From Amoebophrya sp. A120 (lineage: Eukaryota > Protista > Dinoflagellata): 64,000 nucleotides of DNA. This document shows, piece by piece, positions 12,020 through 23,146 of this stretch. A model generated the notes under the pieces. The model had not been told where the DNA came from, did no database searches, and saw only the letters and a program-made list of their open reading frames with translations. The first letter of the stretch is position 1. The number at the start of each line of letters is the position of its first letter. A program made the translations under genes and the position numbers. The stretch is taken from assembly GCA_905178155.1 (NCBI GenBank), contig CAJINV010000001.1, positions 12,759,136 to 12,823,135 on the forward strand. Direction: 5' to 3'.

Positions 12020-15000
12020 CTACACGAAAACTTCACGACCATCTCTTTCATTTAGCGTTTGTTTTTGTTTCTGACGACCTCTTGGAGTCACACTCGCGCC
12101 AGCCCTGTTGACCTCGGAAGTCACAGCTTGAGTTTTGATTCCTTCAAGTTCTCTTTTTTCCGTTATGATACCCATACCATCATGAGATGACAGAGACTCC
12201 TGCGAACGTCCAACGTCCGTAACAACAGCCTCGTCTGGAAGACCTACAGGCACAATGGCCTGTTCATACACGTAAACTGTTTCTCGCCACGATGGTCTTC
12301 GTCTTCTTTCTTGAAGAGTTTTACTTTTATTCCCAGCACTTGCACTGCTTTCCTTCTCCGCTCCTCCTAAGACTTGGCTCTCCCGTCTGATATGAATTGT
12401 GGGTGATTCTCCTCGTAGCTTGCTCGGCTTTGAAGGCACTTCGCCAGCGTTCATGATCTGCGCAACTGGAGCCCCCAACTTTTGACCCGCCGCGCCAGAA
12501 TGTACTGCATGAACCTCGACTTTCACCGTTATGCTGCGCTCGTGGTCTGGATCGTGATTCTGCAGCGTCAGCGTCCTATGTTGCGGCTGGATTTTGGTAC
12601 CAGCATGCCGGTGATCTTCACGACGCCCGTTCTTATGGGCGTGGTCGTCTTCGTCAATGCGCAGCCACGTGACTTCGATGACTTCCTTTGGCGCGAGAAC
12701 AGCGGTAAAACGAAGTCGCGGGCCGTCGTGGTGGATACTGGAAAATCGCTGGCGTGATCGTGGCACGTATTTCTTCCACTCACCCAGGAGAAGGAGACCA
12801 GGCGTGGTTTGTGTTGGTTTCCAGAAGCGATACATCCAAAAGAAATCGTACGGCACATACGCAGGAGAGTCATTTCGAGGAGCAGATGCTGTAACTGTCT
12901 TTATTTGATGGTCGTTATCTTGGGGTTGCTGTAGTTCTTCATCTTCTTGCAACACCGGTTGTTGCATAATTTCCTGAGCTGTCACTCCTGAGTTTGCCGC
13001 GGTCGCTCCTTCTTCTTTGCTCTCCCCTGGCGCGCGGCAAGAAAAAAGCTTTATTTCTGCAGTGTGAGGAGCATGCGCTGGTGCTAAGTCCTCTCCAGCA
13101 GCTTCGGCGTCAAGGCTCGTTTGCGGAGCAGGTGTTTGTTGTAGACTCGCACTTATGTAGTTGCCGCGACCTTGTTCATCTTCTTCATCCGTATCGGAAG
13201 CGGCCGACCAAACGATCCGGAGATCGGAGGAATCGGAAGAAGATGGACTTCCTTCTGAGTTACGCGATTTTCCAGGGGGTAAACTGGTGTCCCATGGAAT
13301 GTCTTTCCCCATCCCTTCGCTTGCGCGGTGAATTGCAAGCATCCACTTTTTCTTTTGGAGCGTATCAGTCTTCGCATCGGTAGTTTCGTCTTGGACGTCG
13401 ACATCTCCGCTGTCGTCTGCAAGAAAGCTTCCATCTGTGCAAGCGCGCTCTACTTCTGCCGATATGACATGTTCATCGGTACTCTGGGTTTGAAGTAGCG
13501 CGCGGCTCCTCGTCTCGATCTCTTCCAAGTTTTTGGTCGTGAAGTTCGCCCGCAAGACTGCGACCGTATCGTTGTCGATATGGGAGCTCGCCACGCGCCC
13601 CGTCCGGTGGTAACCCCTGAGAAACGACTCGTCCTGTACCACCAGGGGCGTCCGCGGCCGGAGCAAAAGGCCGTCGCGGCGCGCACAGCGCTGGAGCAGA
13701 GAAGCGTCCAGCACCATGTCGCTGACCCCCACCGGCCCCAGGGAGTAGGTCGCCGTCAGACTATGCACCAGCAGGTTCTCAGCCGGGTCGCCGTAACCAT
13801 CGAAGTTCGTGTCGCTGGGGTAGTCTGCGGAGCTCCAGAAGTTGTCTTTGCTCGGCCGGAGACTGCCCAGGGCGTCGAAGAGCAAACTACTGGCGAAGAT
13901 GTCCCACGTGTGAAGTGCCGCGTAGTCGTCGCTCGCGCGGCCATTCGTGGCGCGGTCCATGCCCAGGGCCACAAACACGTCGCTTGGGAGCATCATGCAG
14001 TACTGGACCCAGACGTCGGCTCGTCCCGCGGCCTCATCGAGACCGGCAAGCCAGGCCTCGTAGCTGCCCAGAACCTGTCGGTAGTGGGCCGAACGCAGAA
14101 ACAGCTCGTTCATGAAGTCAATCTCGAAATTGCGAAACACAGGAGTGGCCGGCGATGTAGAAAACCGCTTCGTCGGCTGTTTTTCTCCTGCCCGGTCCAG
14201 GTCGTGCTCAATCGTGGCAACATCGGAATCCACGCGAAACGCCTGCCGTGCGCGTCGGAACAGCTCCGCATAGACTTCCACCGCAGATCCGTCAAGTCCG
14301 TTCGGCGTCAATACGGGCATGGTCCCGCTCTCTGTCCAGGTCCAATGAGCGTCGTCGTGGCCAAGGCTGCTGGTGGTTGTATTTTGTTCTTCGCCTGGAA
14401 CAACGGCGTCCTCGCCGTGGTGCAACCGCATCAGCGTGTTGTTTGGACAAAAGAAAGGGCCGTAGAGCATCAGGGAGGCGTTTGGGATGCTAGTAGCGAA
14501 GTCAGAGAAATTTCGGCTTGCGGGAACGTCCGGAGCAAACCTCCAATCTTCAACGCATTTGACGCCCCAGTCTTGCGGACTCGGATAAACGCCGCGGTAC
14601 CACCAATCGTCGAGTTGGAGGTAGCGAAGCTTGGGAACTTCTATAGGAGCTGGCTCCTGTGTTGGCGGCAGTTGCGGCACTACACGGCCATGGCTACGGT
14701 CGGAATGATCGGCAGGATCAGCTGCTGCACTCTGACCTTGTCGGCCGCTTCTGTGTTCCATCGTTTCATTTCCTCCACCAGACTTCCGAAGCACGGGGTA
14801 GATTTTGTCGCTCGTGCAGCAAGTGACATTGATGTCGCGTCCGGTGCCACGCGGAACATTCCTGTTGTACGAGTCTCCGTAGAACTGTGCGCCGTTGTCG
14901 GTGAAAAATCCGAGATACGCGAGAACAGGATCCTCTGCGTCCGGCAACACCTTTTTTCTGTTTTCTCCACGTCGAACAAAGCTGTGCACAAACTTCCCCC

Positions 15001-16378
15001 AGGCGTAAAGCGTGTCGCGAATCAAAGACTTTTTGGTTTTGTTCGTCTGGAAAAATGGCACAGATTTTCGGTCTACCGCAGAAGATTTCATCTCTGGAAC
15101 CACGGTTGCTCCTGTTGGGGACGTGGTCGAATATAAAACCGCTGAGTAGACTGTTCCGCTTGGGATGCTCGTGATCTCCCCCGACAGGCCCAGAGCAAGT
15201 GCATCAGCTGACCGCATCACAGGAATGTCATCCGTGCTCGCAGTCGTGGCGTGCATTACTGCGTTTTTGAAATGCGATAGGTGGGAAAGAACAGTCACCC
15301 TCTGACCCTCAGCGTCGAACCAGGTCAGCGGCGCCGATTTGTAGCCCAGGTGGTTCTGCCGTGGCAGCACTCGACCGTATTCCGCATGCATTTCGGCTAT
15401 CTGACAGCCCGCGAAAAGAAAATAGTTCCAGTGTTTGTCGAAGTAGTCCATGCCGGCGAGATCAGCTGAAATTCGGATTTTTTGCAGTCTTTGATCCTGG
15501 TCGTCTTCGCCGGCACTTTCTTCACCCGGGCGAGGAGGCCCAGGCCTCGTTTCCGAAAGGAACACAGGAAACGCCGTCTGCGGTTCCGGGTGGCTGTCTT
15601 CCAAAAACGCTGAAGCGTTGCGATATGCCGTTCCAGGAAAAGAATCGCCTTCTGCCACTGATGAAACCGCGTAGTTGCTCTGAATGCTCTCGGAGTAGAC
15701 GAGCGTAGTTCCTTCCGTCGCGCTTCCGCCTTCTTTACCGCTAGAATTTCCAGTACTTCCAGTTCCAGCCGAGAACAGTTGCTGAAACAACAAAATATCC
15801 GCTCCTCTATGGTCTTTGGTTCTGATGATGCGCAGTCGCAGCACGTGGTTCGTCTGCGGGTCCAACGTGAAGCGTAGCGTTCTCGCTTGTCCGGGGGGGA
15901 AGGAATCGGTATTATAGGAAATGCGGGTGGTGGTTCCGTCATGGTCCTCGGTTGCATATCTTCCATTTTGCGCTTCTTTTTCTTTTTCATCTCCTACTTC
16001 CTCAAAACCCCCGTCGGCAAAGACTTCGCGCCACTGCCCGCGGAAAAAAGTTCGCACGGGGGACCAGAGCCCTATGAGACCAAGGTCGCGAAGCGCAGCG
16101 TTTGAAAACCCGATGATGGTCTTCCTGAGGCTCTTGCCATTTTTAGACGTGTGTTTGTCCTGTTGGTCCTGTTCTAAATGTTGTACTGGGCTTGCGGTTT
16201 CATCCCGCCCGATTGTGGTTTTCGCTGCTAGGGACGAGGCGATGTTGACTGTACCCACTTTCACCTCGTCACCGTGGGCGGTCGGAAAGAAGGCGACTGT
16301 GACGAGAAACAACGACCAGATCACAACGAGCACACCGGAAGACCTGCACGAGCAACGTGCAGGCAGTAGGCGACGCAT
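12020..16378 (-). CDS. Secreted glycoside hydrolase-like protein (clan GH-D, GH27/GH36-like barrel)
   Basis: Signal-peptide-like N-terminus, then YLGFFTDNGAQFY, YLQLDDWWY, FEIDFM, VQYCM, RASDDY, SKDNFWS, GPVGVSD, CARRDGLLLRP in a single 1452-aa ORF. Confidence 0.7.
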   Translation of the reverse strand: MRRLLPARCSCRSSGVLVVIWSLFLVTVAFFPTAHGDEVKVGTVNIASSLAAKTTIGRDETASPVQHLEQDQQDKHTSKNGKSLRKTIIGFSNAALRDLGLIGLWSPVRTFFRGQWREVFADGGFEEVGDEKEKEAQNGRYATEDHDGTTTRISYNTDSFPPGQARTLRFTLDPQTNHVLRLRIIRTKDHRGADILLFQQLFSAGTGSTGNSSGKEGGSATEGTTLVYSESIQSNYAVSSVAEGDSFPGTAYRNASAFLEDSHPEPQTAFPVFLSETRPGPPRPGEESAGEDDQDQRLQKIRISADLAGMDYFDKHWNYFLFAGCQIAEMHAEYGRVLPRQNHLGYKSAPLTWFDAEGQRVTVLSHLSHFKNAVMHATTASTDDIPVMRSADALALGLSGEITSIPSGTVYSAVLYSTTSPTGATVVPEMKSSAVDRKSVPFFQTNKTKKSLIRDTLYAWGKFVHSFVRRGENRKKVLPDAEDPVLAYLGFFTDNGAQFYGDSYNRNVPRGTGRDINVTCCTSDKIYPVLRKSGGGNETMEHRSGRQGQSAAADPADHSDRSHGRVVPQLPPTQEPAPIEVPKLRYLQLDDWWYRGVYPSPQDWGVKCVEDWRFAPDVPASRNFSDFATSIPNASLMLYGPFFCPNNTLMRLHHGEDAVVPGEEQNTTTSSLGHDDAHWTWTESGTMPVLTPNGLDGSAVEVYAELFRRARQAFRVDSDVATIEHDLDRAGEKQPTKRFSTSPATPVFRNFEIDFMNELFLRSAHYRQVLGSYEAWLAGLDEAAGRADVWVQYCMMLPSDVFVALGMDRATNGRASDDYAALHTWDIFASSLLFDALGSLRPSKDNFWSSADYPSDTNFDGYGDPAENLLVHSLTATYSLGPVGVSDMVLDASLLQRCARRDGLLLRPRTPLVVQDESFLRGYHRTGRVASSHIDNDTVAVLRANFTTKNLEEIETRSRALLQTQSTDEHVISAEVERACTDGSFLADDSGDVDVQDETTDAKTDTLQKKKWMLAIHRASEGMGKDIPWDTSLPPGKSRNSEGSPSSSDSSDLRIVWSAASDTDEEDEQGRGNYISASLQQTPAPQTSLDAEAAGEDLAPAHAPHTAEIKLFSCRAPGESKEEGATAANSGVTAQEIMQQPVLQEDEELQQPQDNDHQIKTVTASAPRNDSPAYVPYDFFWMYRFWKPTQTTPGLLLLGEWKKYVPRSRQRFSSIHHDGPRLRFTAVLAPKEVIEVTWLRIDEDDHAHKNGRREDHRHAGTKIQPQHRTLTLQNHDPDHERSITVKVEVHAVHSGAAGQKLGAPVAQIMNAGEVPSKPSKLRGESPTIHIRRESQVLGGAEKESSASAGNKSKTLQERRRRPSWRETVYVYEQAIVPVGLPDEAVVTDVGRSQESLSSHDGMGIITEKRELEGIKTQAVTSEVNRAGASVTPRGRQKQKQTLNERDGREVFV

Positions 16379-17125
16379 GCTCGCCTATCTGGAACGAATT
16401 TTTTTGCGGCAGATTCTTGAAGAGCGTCACTGTCTCTTTGCAATAGGCATGGGAGCTTCGAGAAGGAGGACAAAAATAAACGACCAAGATATAATTCTTA
16501 TGACTGCGTACGACTACGAATACGATTCTTTCAGCCCACCTAATCATAAGGCGATCGATTGTGTGTGCTACCAAGAACGAGCTTCATCGCCACGAAACAG
16601 ATGGGCAAGAGAAAACTTCCGTGCTTACGCGATGTACAAGCCGCTCTGAACTTTTGTTTTCCTCCGTGCTAGCGCGCCTTTTTGTATATACGCACACGCA
16701 GCATTGCGATTGCGTGATTTTTTATTTGGTCAGGAATTGATATGAGCGACAAAGTCGATTCTGAAAAAAATGAAAGGATATGTACCACTTCTCTGTCGTG
16801 TTTGTGTTTGTCCTTCTGATACTAGCCATAAACAGAAGGTAGCGTTTCAAGTGTGGCGAAAATTGGAAGCATTCTTCTCGCTTTCCTTGTGCTATTTGAT
16901 TGAAATTGTAGATCGATGGAAAAATAAGTCAAAAAGAGTGAGCCTCGATTTCGCGGTCAAAAGTCAAAACTTAGAACATACGATAGATACATTAAAAGAA
17001 GAAGATGAGCAATTGAAAAATCATACCAAAAAAAATGTCTTTATTCTCTAGATTGAATACTTTCGTACTCGAGAGCCGACCGAATCATGAAAAAAGTGAA
17101 AGCACCCGATGAAACTTCTTCAGCA

Positions 17126-19582
17126 TCAGTGCACCTCCACCTCCAGGTCTACTGGACCGTTGCAAATAACACCGCTTCCGGAATTGTAATCTTCCGCAAT
17201 TCTAGTCGATATTCGTTTCATGCCGGCAATCGAGGCGAAGACGAAAAGCATGCCGCCAAAGAGGAAGACCACGCTGTGGAAGACAGAACGAGAGCACGAA
17301 CGAAAGCAGGCCGAACAGGTAGTCTCCCTTCTGCGTTTTGTTCCTGCCCGCAGGTGCTTCCCTCTCCCTTCATGCGTTTTCGATTCCACTTTTTCGTGCA
17401 GCGGGGCATGCTCTGTCCTTGCTGCATAATCGTCCGCGTGGAGTAGGGGCCGACAGTCCTCTGCTAAAGGAGCGTTCGCAAACGATGATCCACTGTGGTT
17501 GGTGGTCTTCAGGCCGTCATCATTTCTACCTAGTCCTGTAGTGACCTTGAAATCCGGCAGAATAAGCCGCACTGTCGTATCTTCTCTTCTTTTTGCGTCG
17601 CTAGTATCGGCCACGAGATTTTTCGAACGGTCTCCACCAGAACGAGGCGAAGAGTCGGGATCATCATCATCGTCCTTTGCGCTTGGCCGCCGATCAAGTG
17701 TTTCCGCTTCATCATTCGCAGTGCCCGTTTTCTCAGTTGATTGCTCCCCACTGTCAGGAGCCTCACGGTCGTGTGCACCAGCACTGCGTAATTTGTAGTA
17801 GGCGTAGAGCGGGATGATGAGCTCCGTGAGCGCAAGCGAGAGGCTAGTGACCAAGCCGGCTATTTCTACGATGTAAGGGACCACGAGGGAACAGAGCACG
17901 CGGCCGCAAATAGTGCTGATGCGAAAGCCGGCGTTCGCCCAGCGACTCGTCCGCAGGCAGTGGCACTGCTCCTCCGAGGACGTGAAGAAGTTGGTGACGT
18001 ACAGCAAATCGCAGGTGCTCATGCAGAACAGCACGAGCAGGTTCAAGCCGCGGGACACCCAGGTGGGATCCCCCATGCTCCAGGGCGCGTAGTACTCCGG
18101 GCCCCCGCCCGGCGCGGCCTTGTTCTGCGGCCACGCGCCCCGGAAGAGCTGTAGGGGGGTCAGTTCCGTCCGCACCCCGAAGCACTGCGCCGGGTCGGTC
18201 GCAGCGGCCCGCTGTGCGGCGTCGGTGGAAAAACCGAACACCATCAACCACCACTTGTCCGGGCGGTCGCGGCGAAAGGCGTTAGACACCACGTCCGGAA
18301 TGCTGTTGCCGCAGACGCGGTAGGAATAAAGCAAAATGCAGGAGAACACCGTTGCGACGATCAGCATGGCGGAGTAGTACGCGGTGCTGATTTGCGCCCG
18401 CACGGCCGGGCGACAGCGGCCGCGCAGCGTGGGGATCAGGGAGGCCGCCATGAACGCGTAGCTCTGCACCGCGCCCACCCGCAGGAATGTCAGCACGCCG
18501 TCCACGTTGCCAAAGGGGTGAAACCTCCACGTGTGCCACGCGGCGGCGAAGGCAGCGGTCGGGGAAGGGGGCGAAATCCCCGACTGAATTTCTATCTCTG
18601 TCGGTGTAATTTCCGGGCTCGCTTCATGTTCTTGTCGGGTAGATGAAGTTTTGGGCGAAGACAGGAACAGCCGTTCTTTTGCTTTTGGTGGATTTTTACT
18701 GATGTCAGACTCGTTCCTTTGCTCATCAGCAGCATTGAGAGCAGCAGTTGATGATGGATTAGTTGTTGTACTCGTCGAGTAGAAGTCCAAAATGCGGCTG
18801 TGTTCGTTGACCTCTTGCGTGTGCAGCTCGACGAGGATAATCAGGGTAATCATACCGAAGGCGTAGGGCACGAGCCCGGCCAGTTGCTTCGTCGTGAATT
18901 CGCGCACGTCGGCGCTGCAGAAGGCCTGGAAGAAGTGCAACGGCAGCAGAAAGGCGACCGACCAAAACGCACGGGCAGCGAACTCCGACAGCCGCAACTC
19001 GCTCTGCAGCTGCGGCACCAGTTGCAGAAGCGCGTTGCCGAGCACAATGTCGCCACAGATTTGCATGGTGAAATACCCGAAGAACGTCGCTCCGGTGGCA
19101 ATGCCCCGGACCACGGGTTGGTCTCGGAAGCAGAAATTTACGAACGCCGCATAGTTCGAAACGAAAGCTGGTTGATGGTGAAGTTGACTCTTGCGTTCTC
19201 CCACTTCATTCCGTTCTTGCGCTACGGAGGTGGCGCTGTCTTCGCGGAGGTGGCCGTCCACACCTGCGCTCGCTGTTAAGGGTTCGGCACCACCGATCTG
19301 CGCGTCATCGTGGTCCTTCGTCCCGTGAATACTACTGGTCTCCATTTTCTCCAGCAAGCCGCAGGCTCCTGCAACGAGCCGGGCGGATTCGGAGTTCAAT
19401 ACTGCAGTAAAAAACAGCAGGAATACCGCAGGCCACGGGCCAACTTCGCGGGCGGTCGAAGGCAAGGTGAGCACCGGAGTACCCAGGGCCGTCACCATGA
19501 TCGCAAAGACCAATCCCCAGAAGGAAAGCCGGTTTTCCGAGGACCGGTCTTTTTGTTCATCACTTTCCGACGAGAGAACCAT
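17126..19582 (-). CDS. Amino acid/auxin permease (AAAP, Aa_trans) family transporter
   Basis: LSFWGLVFAIMVTALGTPVLTLPSTAREVGPWP; SYAFMAASLIPTL; VPYIVEIAGLVTSL...IIPL; many TM helices. Probable ATG at 19582 (MVLSSES). Confidence 0.85.
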   Translation of the reverse strand: MVLSSESDEQKDRSSENRLSFWGLVFAIMVTALGTPVLTLPSTAREVGPWPAVFLLFFTAVLNSESARLVAGACGLLEKMETSSIHGTKDHDDAQIGGAEPLTASAGVDGHLREDSATSVAQERNEVGERKSQLHHQPAFVSNYAAFVNFCFRDQPVVRGIATGATFFGYFTMQICGDIVLGNALLQLVPQLQSELRLSEFAARAFWSVAFLLPLHFFQAFCSADVREFTTKQLAGLVPYAFGMITLIILVELHTQEVNEHSRILDFYSTSTTTNPSSTAALNAADEQRNESDISKNPPKAKERLFLSSPKTSSTRQEHEASPEITPTEIEIQSGISPPSPTAAFAAAWHTWRFHPFGNVDGVLTFLRVGAVQSYAFMAASLIPTLRGRCRPAVRAQISTAYYSAMLIVATVFSCILLYSYRVCGNSIPDVVSNAFRRDRPDKWWLMVFGFSTDAAQRAAATDPAQCFGVRTELTPLQLFRGAWPQNKAAPGGGPEYYAPWSMGDPTWVSRGLNLLVLFCMSTCDLLYVTNFFTSSEEQCHCLRTSRWANAGFRISTICGRVLCSLVVPYIVEIAGLVTSLSLALTELIIPLYAYYKLRSAGAHDREAPDSGEQSTEKTGTANDEAETLDRRPSAKDDDDDPDSSPRSGGDRSKNLVADTSDAKRREDTTVRLILPDFKVTTGLGRNDDGLKTTNHSGSSFANAPLAEDCRPLLHADDYAARTEHAPLHEKVESKTHEGRGKHLRAGTKRRRETTCSACFRSCSRSVFHSVVFLFGGMLFVFASIAGMKRISTRIAEDYNSGSGVICNGPVDLEVEVH

Positions 19583-20343
19583 GGTGGAAATTGAGGCCTT
19601 TGCCTGAAAGTGATAAAAGTAAAGGCACGGAGAGGATGGACACAAAAAAAAACAGATAAAACCGAGCGCAACAAAAAAATTGGCTCCGCCACAAAACAAA
19701 GCTTTCACGGTACAAATAAGTACCCCGCTCTTATTGCAGTTGTGGCATTTGCAAATTGATGGTCAGGAAACAATCTTCACGATTGAGACCTACAACGGTA
19801 AAAACCGTAACCGAGTGCAAAAAACCGACTACAGCGAGTGGCGTTGATACAAAAAAGAACGACAATACCACAAAGAACCGAAACCGAAAGTAATGCGAAA
19901 CTTCAGGAAGATCAGTTCCTTTGTGAGATCGAGATGTACTAGAAGAGGGAAAACCAATGTGAACAACGAGATGAGCTTACTCCTCATTTTTCCTACAGGC
20001 GTGTTTTTGTTTTCCAAGGGGTGCTGGTGCTTCTTCACGTAGATGTTTGTTTGTTTTCGTACGAAGATTTCTTGTCCATTTTCTTTGGAGCTGAAAAGTT
20101 CATAAGTCCAGATCTGCTACTTGCACGTAGTGAATGATACTGACATTTACAAATACACAACAAGTATATGCCTTTTCAAAAGCGATAGTTAAATATCTAT
20201 ACTTCACTTCACGATGATTGCGCTATGGATAAACACATTTCTAAGAAACTATGTTTGCGAATCAATAATATCAAACAACTTTTGCATCCTCTAGATCTAC
20301 GATATCGTGCTGGTCTACGCCTCACAATTTCAGTTCTTGGTGG

Positions 20344-21970
20344 TATAGAGATGAAATAGGTGATCTTCAGCGCTGTTCTTATCCCTAAAGAAATTCGCAG
20401 CATACCGTCGGGATTTGCCCTTTTTTTTTGCGCCAACGCAGGCGCTGCAGTTTTTATGGTCGCGCCTGCGTAGGAGTGCTGTTGCCTCCCCTGGTGGGTT
20501 TTTGCACGCGGCCCAGGCGTCGCTCTAGAGGAACCAACAGGCACGCCAACACCCCGACGAGCCTAGACATAGACTAAAGTGGCCCCCCCACTGCGCAGAT
20601 CGACGCGACCCACGGACACTCACAACACGCCCAACAGGCGCAGGCGGGCATCTTTTTCGCGGCCCCGGGCCCTGCGTACTCGCGACCCAAAAAGGGCCGC
20701 AAGCCGGCTCGTGCGGGCTTGGTACGCAGGCCCCTCGAGACCCCTTGGAACTCTTCAAACGAGCCTCATTCTCTCACCCACCGCCCCAATCACTGACCGC
20801 TGGCACCGCTTCCGCGGTGATGGTGGACGCACTGGCAGAAGACCCTGAAAGCTTCCCGCCGGGTGCTCGAATAAACATTTCGGGAAGATAGATAAGAACA
20901 CCTACTGCAACGACCTGGAGTTGATGTTTTGGCATGCAGCAGAGTTGGATTTTCTGCGCCGAATGTCCCCGCTCGCGAAAACTGCTGTTCTTATCCTCCA
21001 CGCCGTGCATAGATAAGAACATGTTTGTAACGACCTGAAACTGGTGTTTGGCACGAAGCAGCATTGGAGCTTCTGCGCCAAATGTTCCCGTTCTGGAAAA
21101 ATGCTGTTCTTATCCTCCACACCGTGCACAGATAAGAACACGTTTGTAACGACCTGAAAATGGTGTTCTTATCTATGCACGGAAAGGAGGGATAAGAACA
21201 GCACTTTTCGAGAACGGGAACATCTGGAGGAGAAGCTCCAACTCTGATTCGTCCAATCATCCTGCTTCGCCTTCAGTTCAGGTCGTTACAAACATGCTCT
21301 TATCTATGCACGGCGTGGAGGATAAGAACAGCAGAAAACGAGAACGGGAACACTCGCAGTGAAGCGCCGCCTTTGCTTCATCCCAAAACGCCGCAGCAGG
21401 TCTCTGCAGTAGTGTTGTTATCTATGCACGAGCGGGAGCGTGCGGAAGCGGAGCTGAGGCGCCATCTTTGCTTCGTGGTCCCATATGCATATTATTTTAT
21501 AGAGCCAGCGTCCCACCGGTCCTAATTTAGGACCGACGGCACGGCGCAGGCACCAAAGACAACACCGGAGGGGTCACCATCTGCTGCCTGACACAAAGAG
21601 AGACGGATGGGCGCGCACACTGCCACGGCCCGGCGCGACCGCCGGCGTTGCCCCAGCTTGGGGGGGCTGTTTGGGTGGCGCATCAGCGCGCGCCTAGGCG
21701 CGCGAACTTGGATGTAGTGGCCGGCGGTTATTCTGTCAGTGTGCAGCGCTTTCCGGGCGCATGAGCTGGGGCTGCGCTAAGCACGAAAGCGCGACCCTCT
21801 GGAGGATGCGCGGCGAAGGCTTTGGGTAGCCCTGGGCGGCGGCGCTTTTGTTGGCCTCAGGCACGCCAGGCCTCGCCTAGAATGAAAAAAAGCACACGAA
21901 TCGCGACGGTATGGCGCGATTTTTCTTAGGGATAAGAACACACGGGAAGATCACCTTTTTCATCTCTATA
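20344..21970. mobile_element. Non-autonomous TIR DNA element, 1627 bp, TAT...ATA termini, perfect 5-bp target-site duplication (TSD) GGTGG
   Basis: Left end tatagagatgaaataggtgatcttc..tgttcttatccctaa..cataccgtcg matches the reverse complement of the right end over about 75 bp. ggtgg flanks at 20339-20343 and 21971-21975. No convincing ORF. Confidence 0.92.
20870..21440. repeat. Head-to-head fold-back array of ~120-bp units carrying TGTTCTTATC-N16/17-GATAAGAACA palindromes
   Basis: Units start at 20891, 21012 and 21131 (partial), then repeat inverted from about 21164 to 21430. The centre of symmetry is near 21155. Confidence 0.9.
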
Positions 21971-23146
21971 GGTGGCCCTTTTTTTTTCAACAATGACTGC
22001 GATCTCCGCCCGAGATCGTGTACCTTTTTCTTCGCCGTCCCTTTCCGACTCATACGGAAGAGGCAACGAAACTAGACTTGACTAGCCGGGAAGGGGGTCG
22101 GTGTGTTAGAGGGGAGATCGCAATTCCTGACGTACTAAGAGCCTATGCTGTCTTGATGAGTCGAAGTTCGGCATCAGGAGTTGCAACGCCACATAGTGCA
22201 GCCCGCTACTATTTTTTCTCCGACTATGTCTATCTCTATGAATTCCTTTTGCTTGTATTAGATACATACTTAGATTCTTGGCCACCATCGGTTCAGCGGA
22301 GTGAGGTAACCTTCACACCATGTTTCTGCAAGTACAGAACGCATAGATTTTTCAACGACTTGCATACATAAAAATTTCCTTTATATCAAAGCGGAGCTCC
22401 TTCTCGGGGGCTTACTTCAAATCCTGTTCTTACATCCTGATATTCAGTTGCTTTGGCGAATCCTATCGAAACTGAAGGTGTACAGGAAGAGAACAACGGA
22501 GTGTAGTGTTTGTAGTATGAGACACCAAAATCCGAAACTCACCAGAGCGATCATTGGTGGGTTTCGGAATAATTTGGAATTTATTGAGCAGCAAAACAGA
22601 CGAAATACATAAAGTATTAGCACGTATCAAAACCTGGTTTAGAAATTCGTCCTCCCAAGTTTGATGATAATAAGGATATCAAAAATGTTCAAATTTCATG
22701 TCCTGTAGATACGATACAACTTGGACGTTGACGCCCTATGCATCAAGCTTGGCTGACTTCTGTGCGCTACTCTTTATATTCTAGTAGAATATGGATAGAA
22801 AACGGGTGGCTGGAGGTCCAAAATACTCATCAGCACTACTGTATAATGGACATCCAAGTAGCAAGCTGGCGGGCTGAAAGTGAAAGCAATTCGTTGCGCA
22901 CAACGCTAGCATTGGGGATGTTGAGACAATGCCAAGAAGTACGTGAGCCATCATCGATGGTTTTTCGCGGAGCGAAACGAGGTTTCCCGTCGCGCCACAT
23001 TAGCTAAATTCCGGTGGCAGTGATCGGGACTGCGCCATGTGTGCGCGTCTGGTTGCAGCTCAATACGGCGCAGCTTCGAGGAATGTTGCGGAAGAGTGTA
23101 TCGCATGGGTTCCAGTGGAGTTCTCTGGTGCGGCCGCCGCACTGTC

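Noticed and set aside
13580-15136. 518-aa plus-strand ORF, and similar ones at 9884-10855 and 2426-3142
   Set aside because: Antisense shadows of GC-rich minus-strand genes, with no motifs of their own.
20774-21260. Short ORFs with repeated peptides inside the TIR element
   Set aside because: By-products of the DNA repeat; no transposase motif.
20891-21330. CRISPR-like regularly spaced palindromic repeats
   Set aside because: Inter-repeat sequences are homologous to each other, orientation flips midway, there are no cas genes, and the context is eukaryotic.
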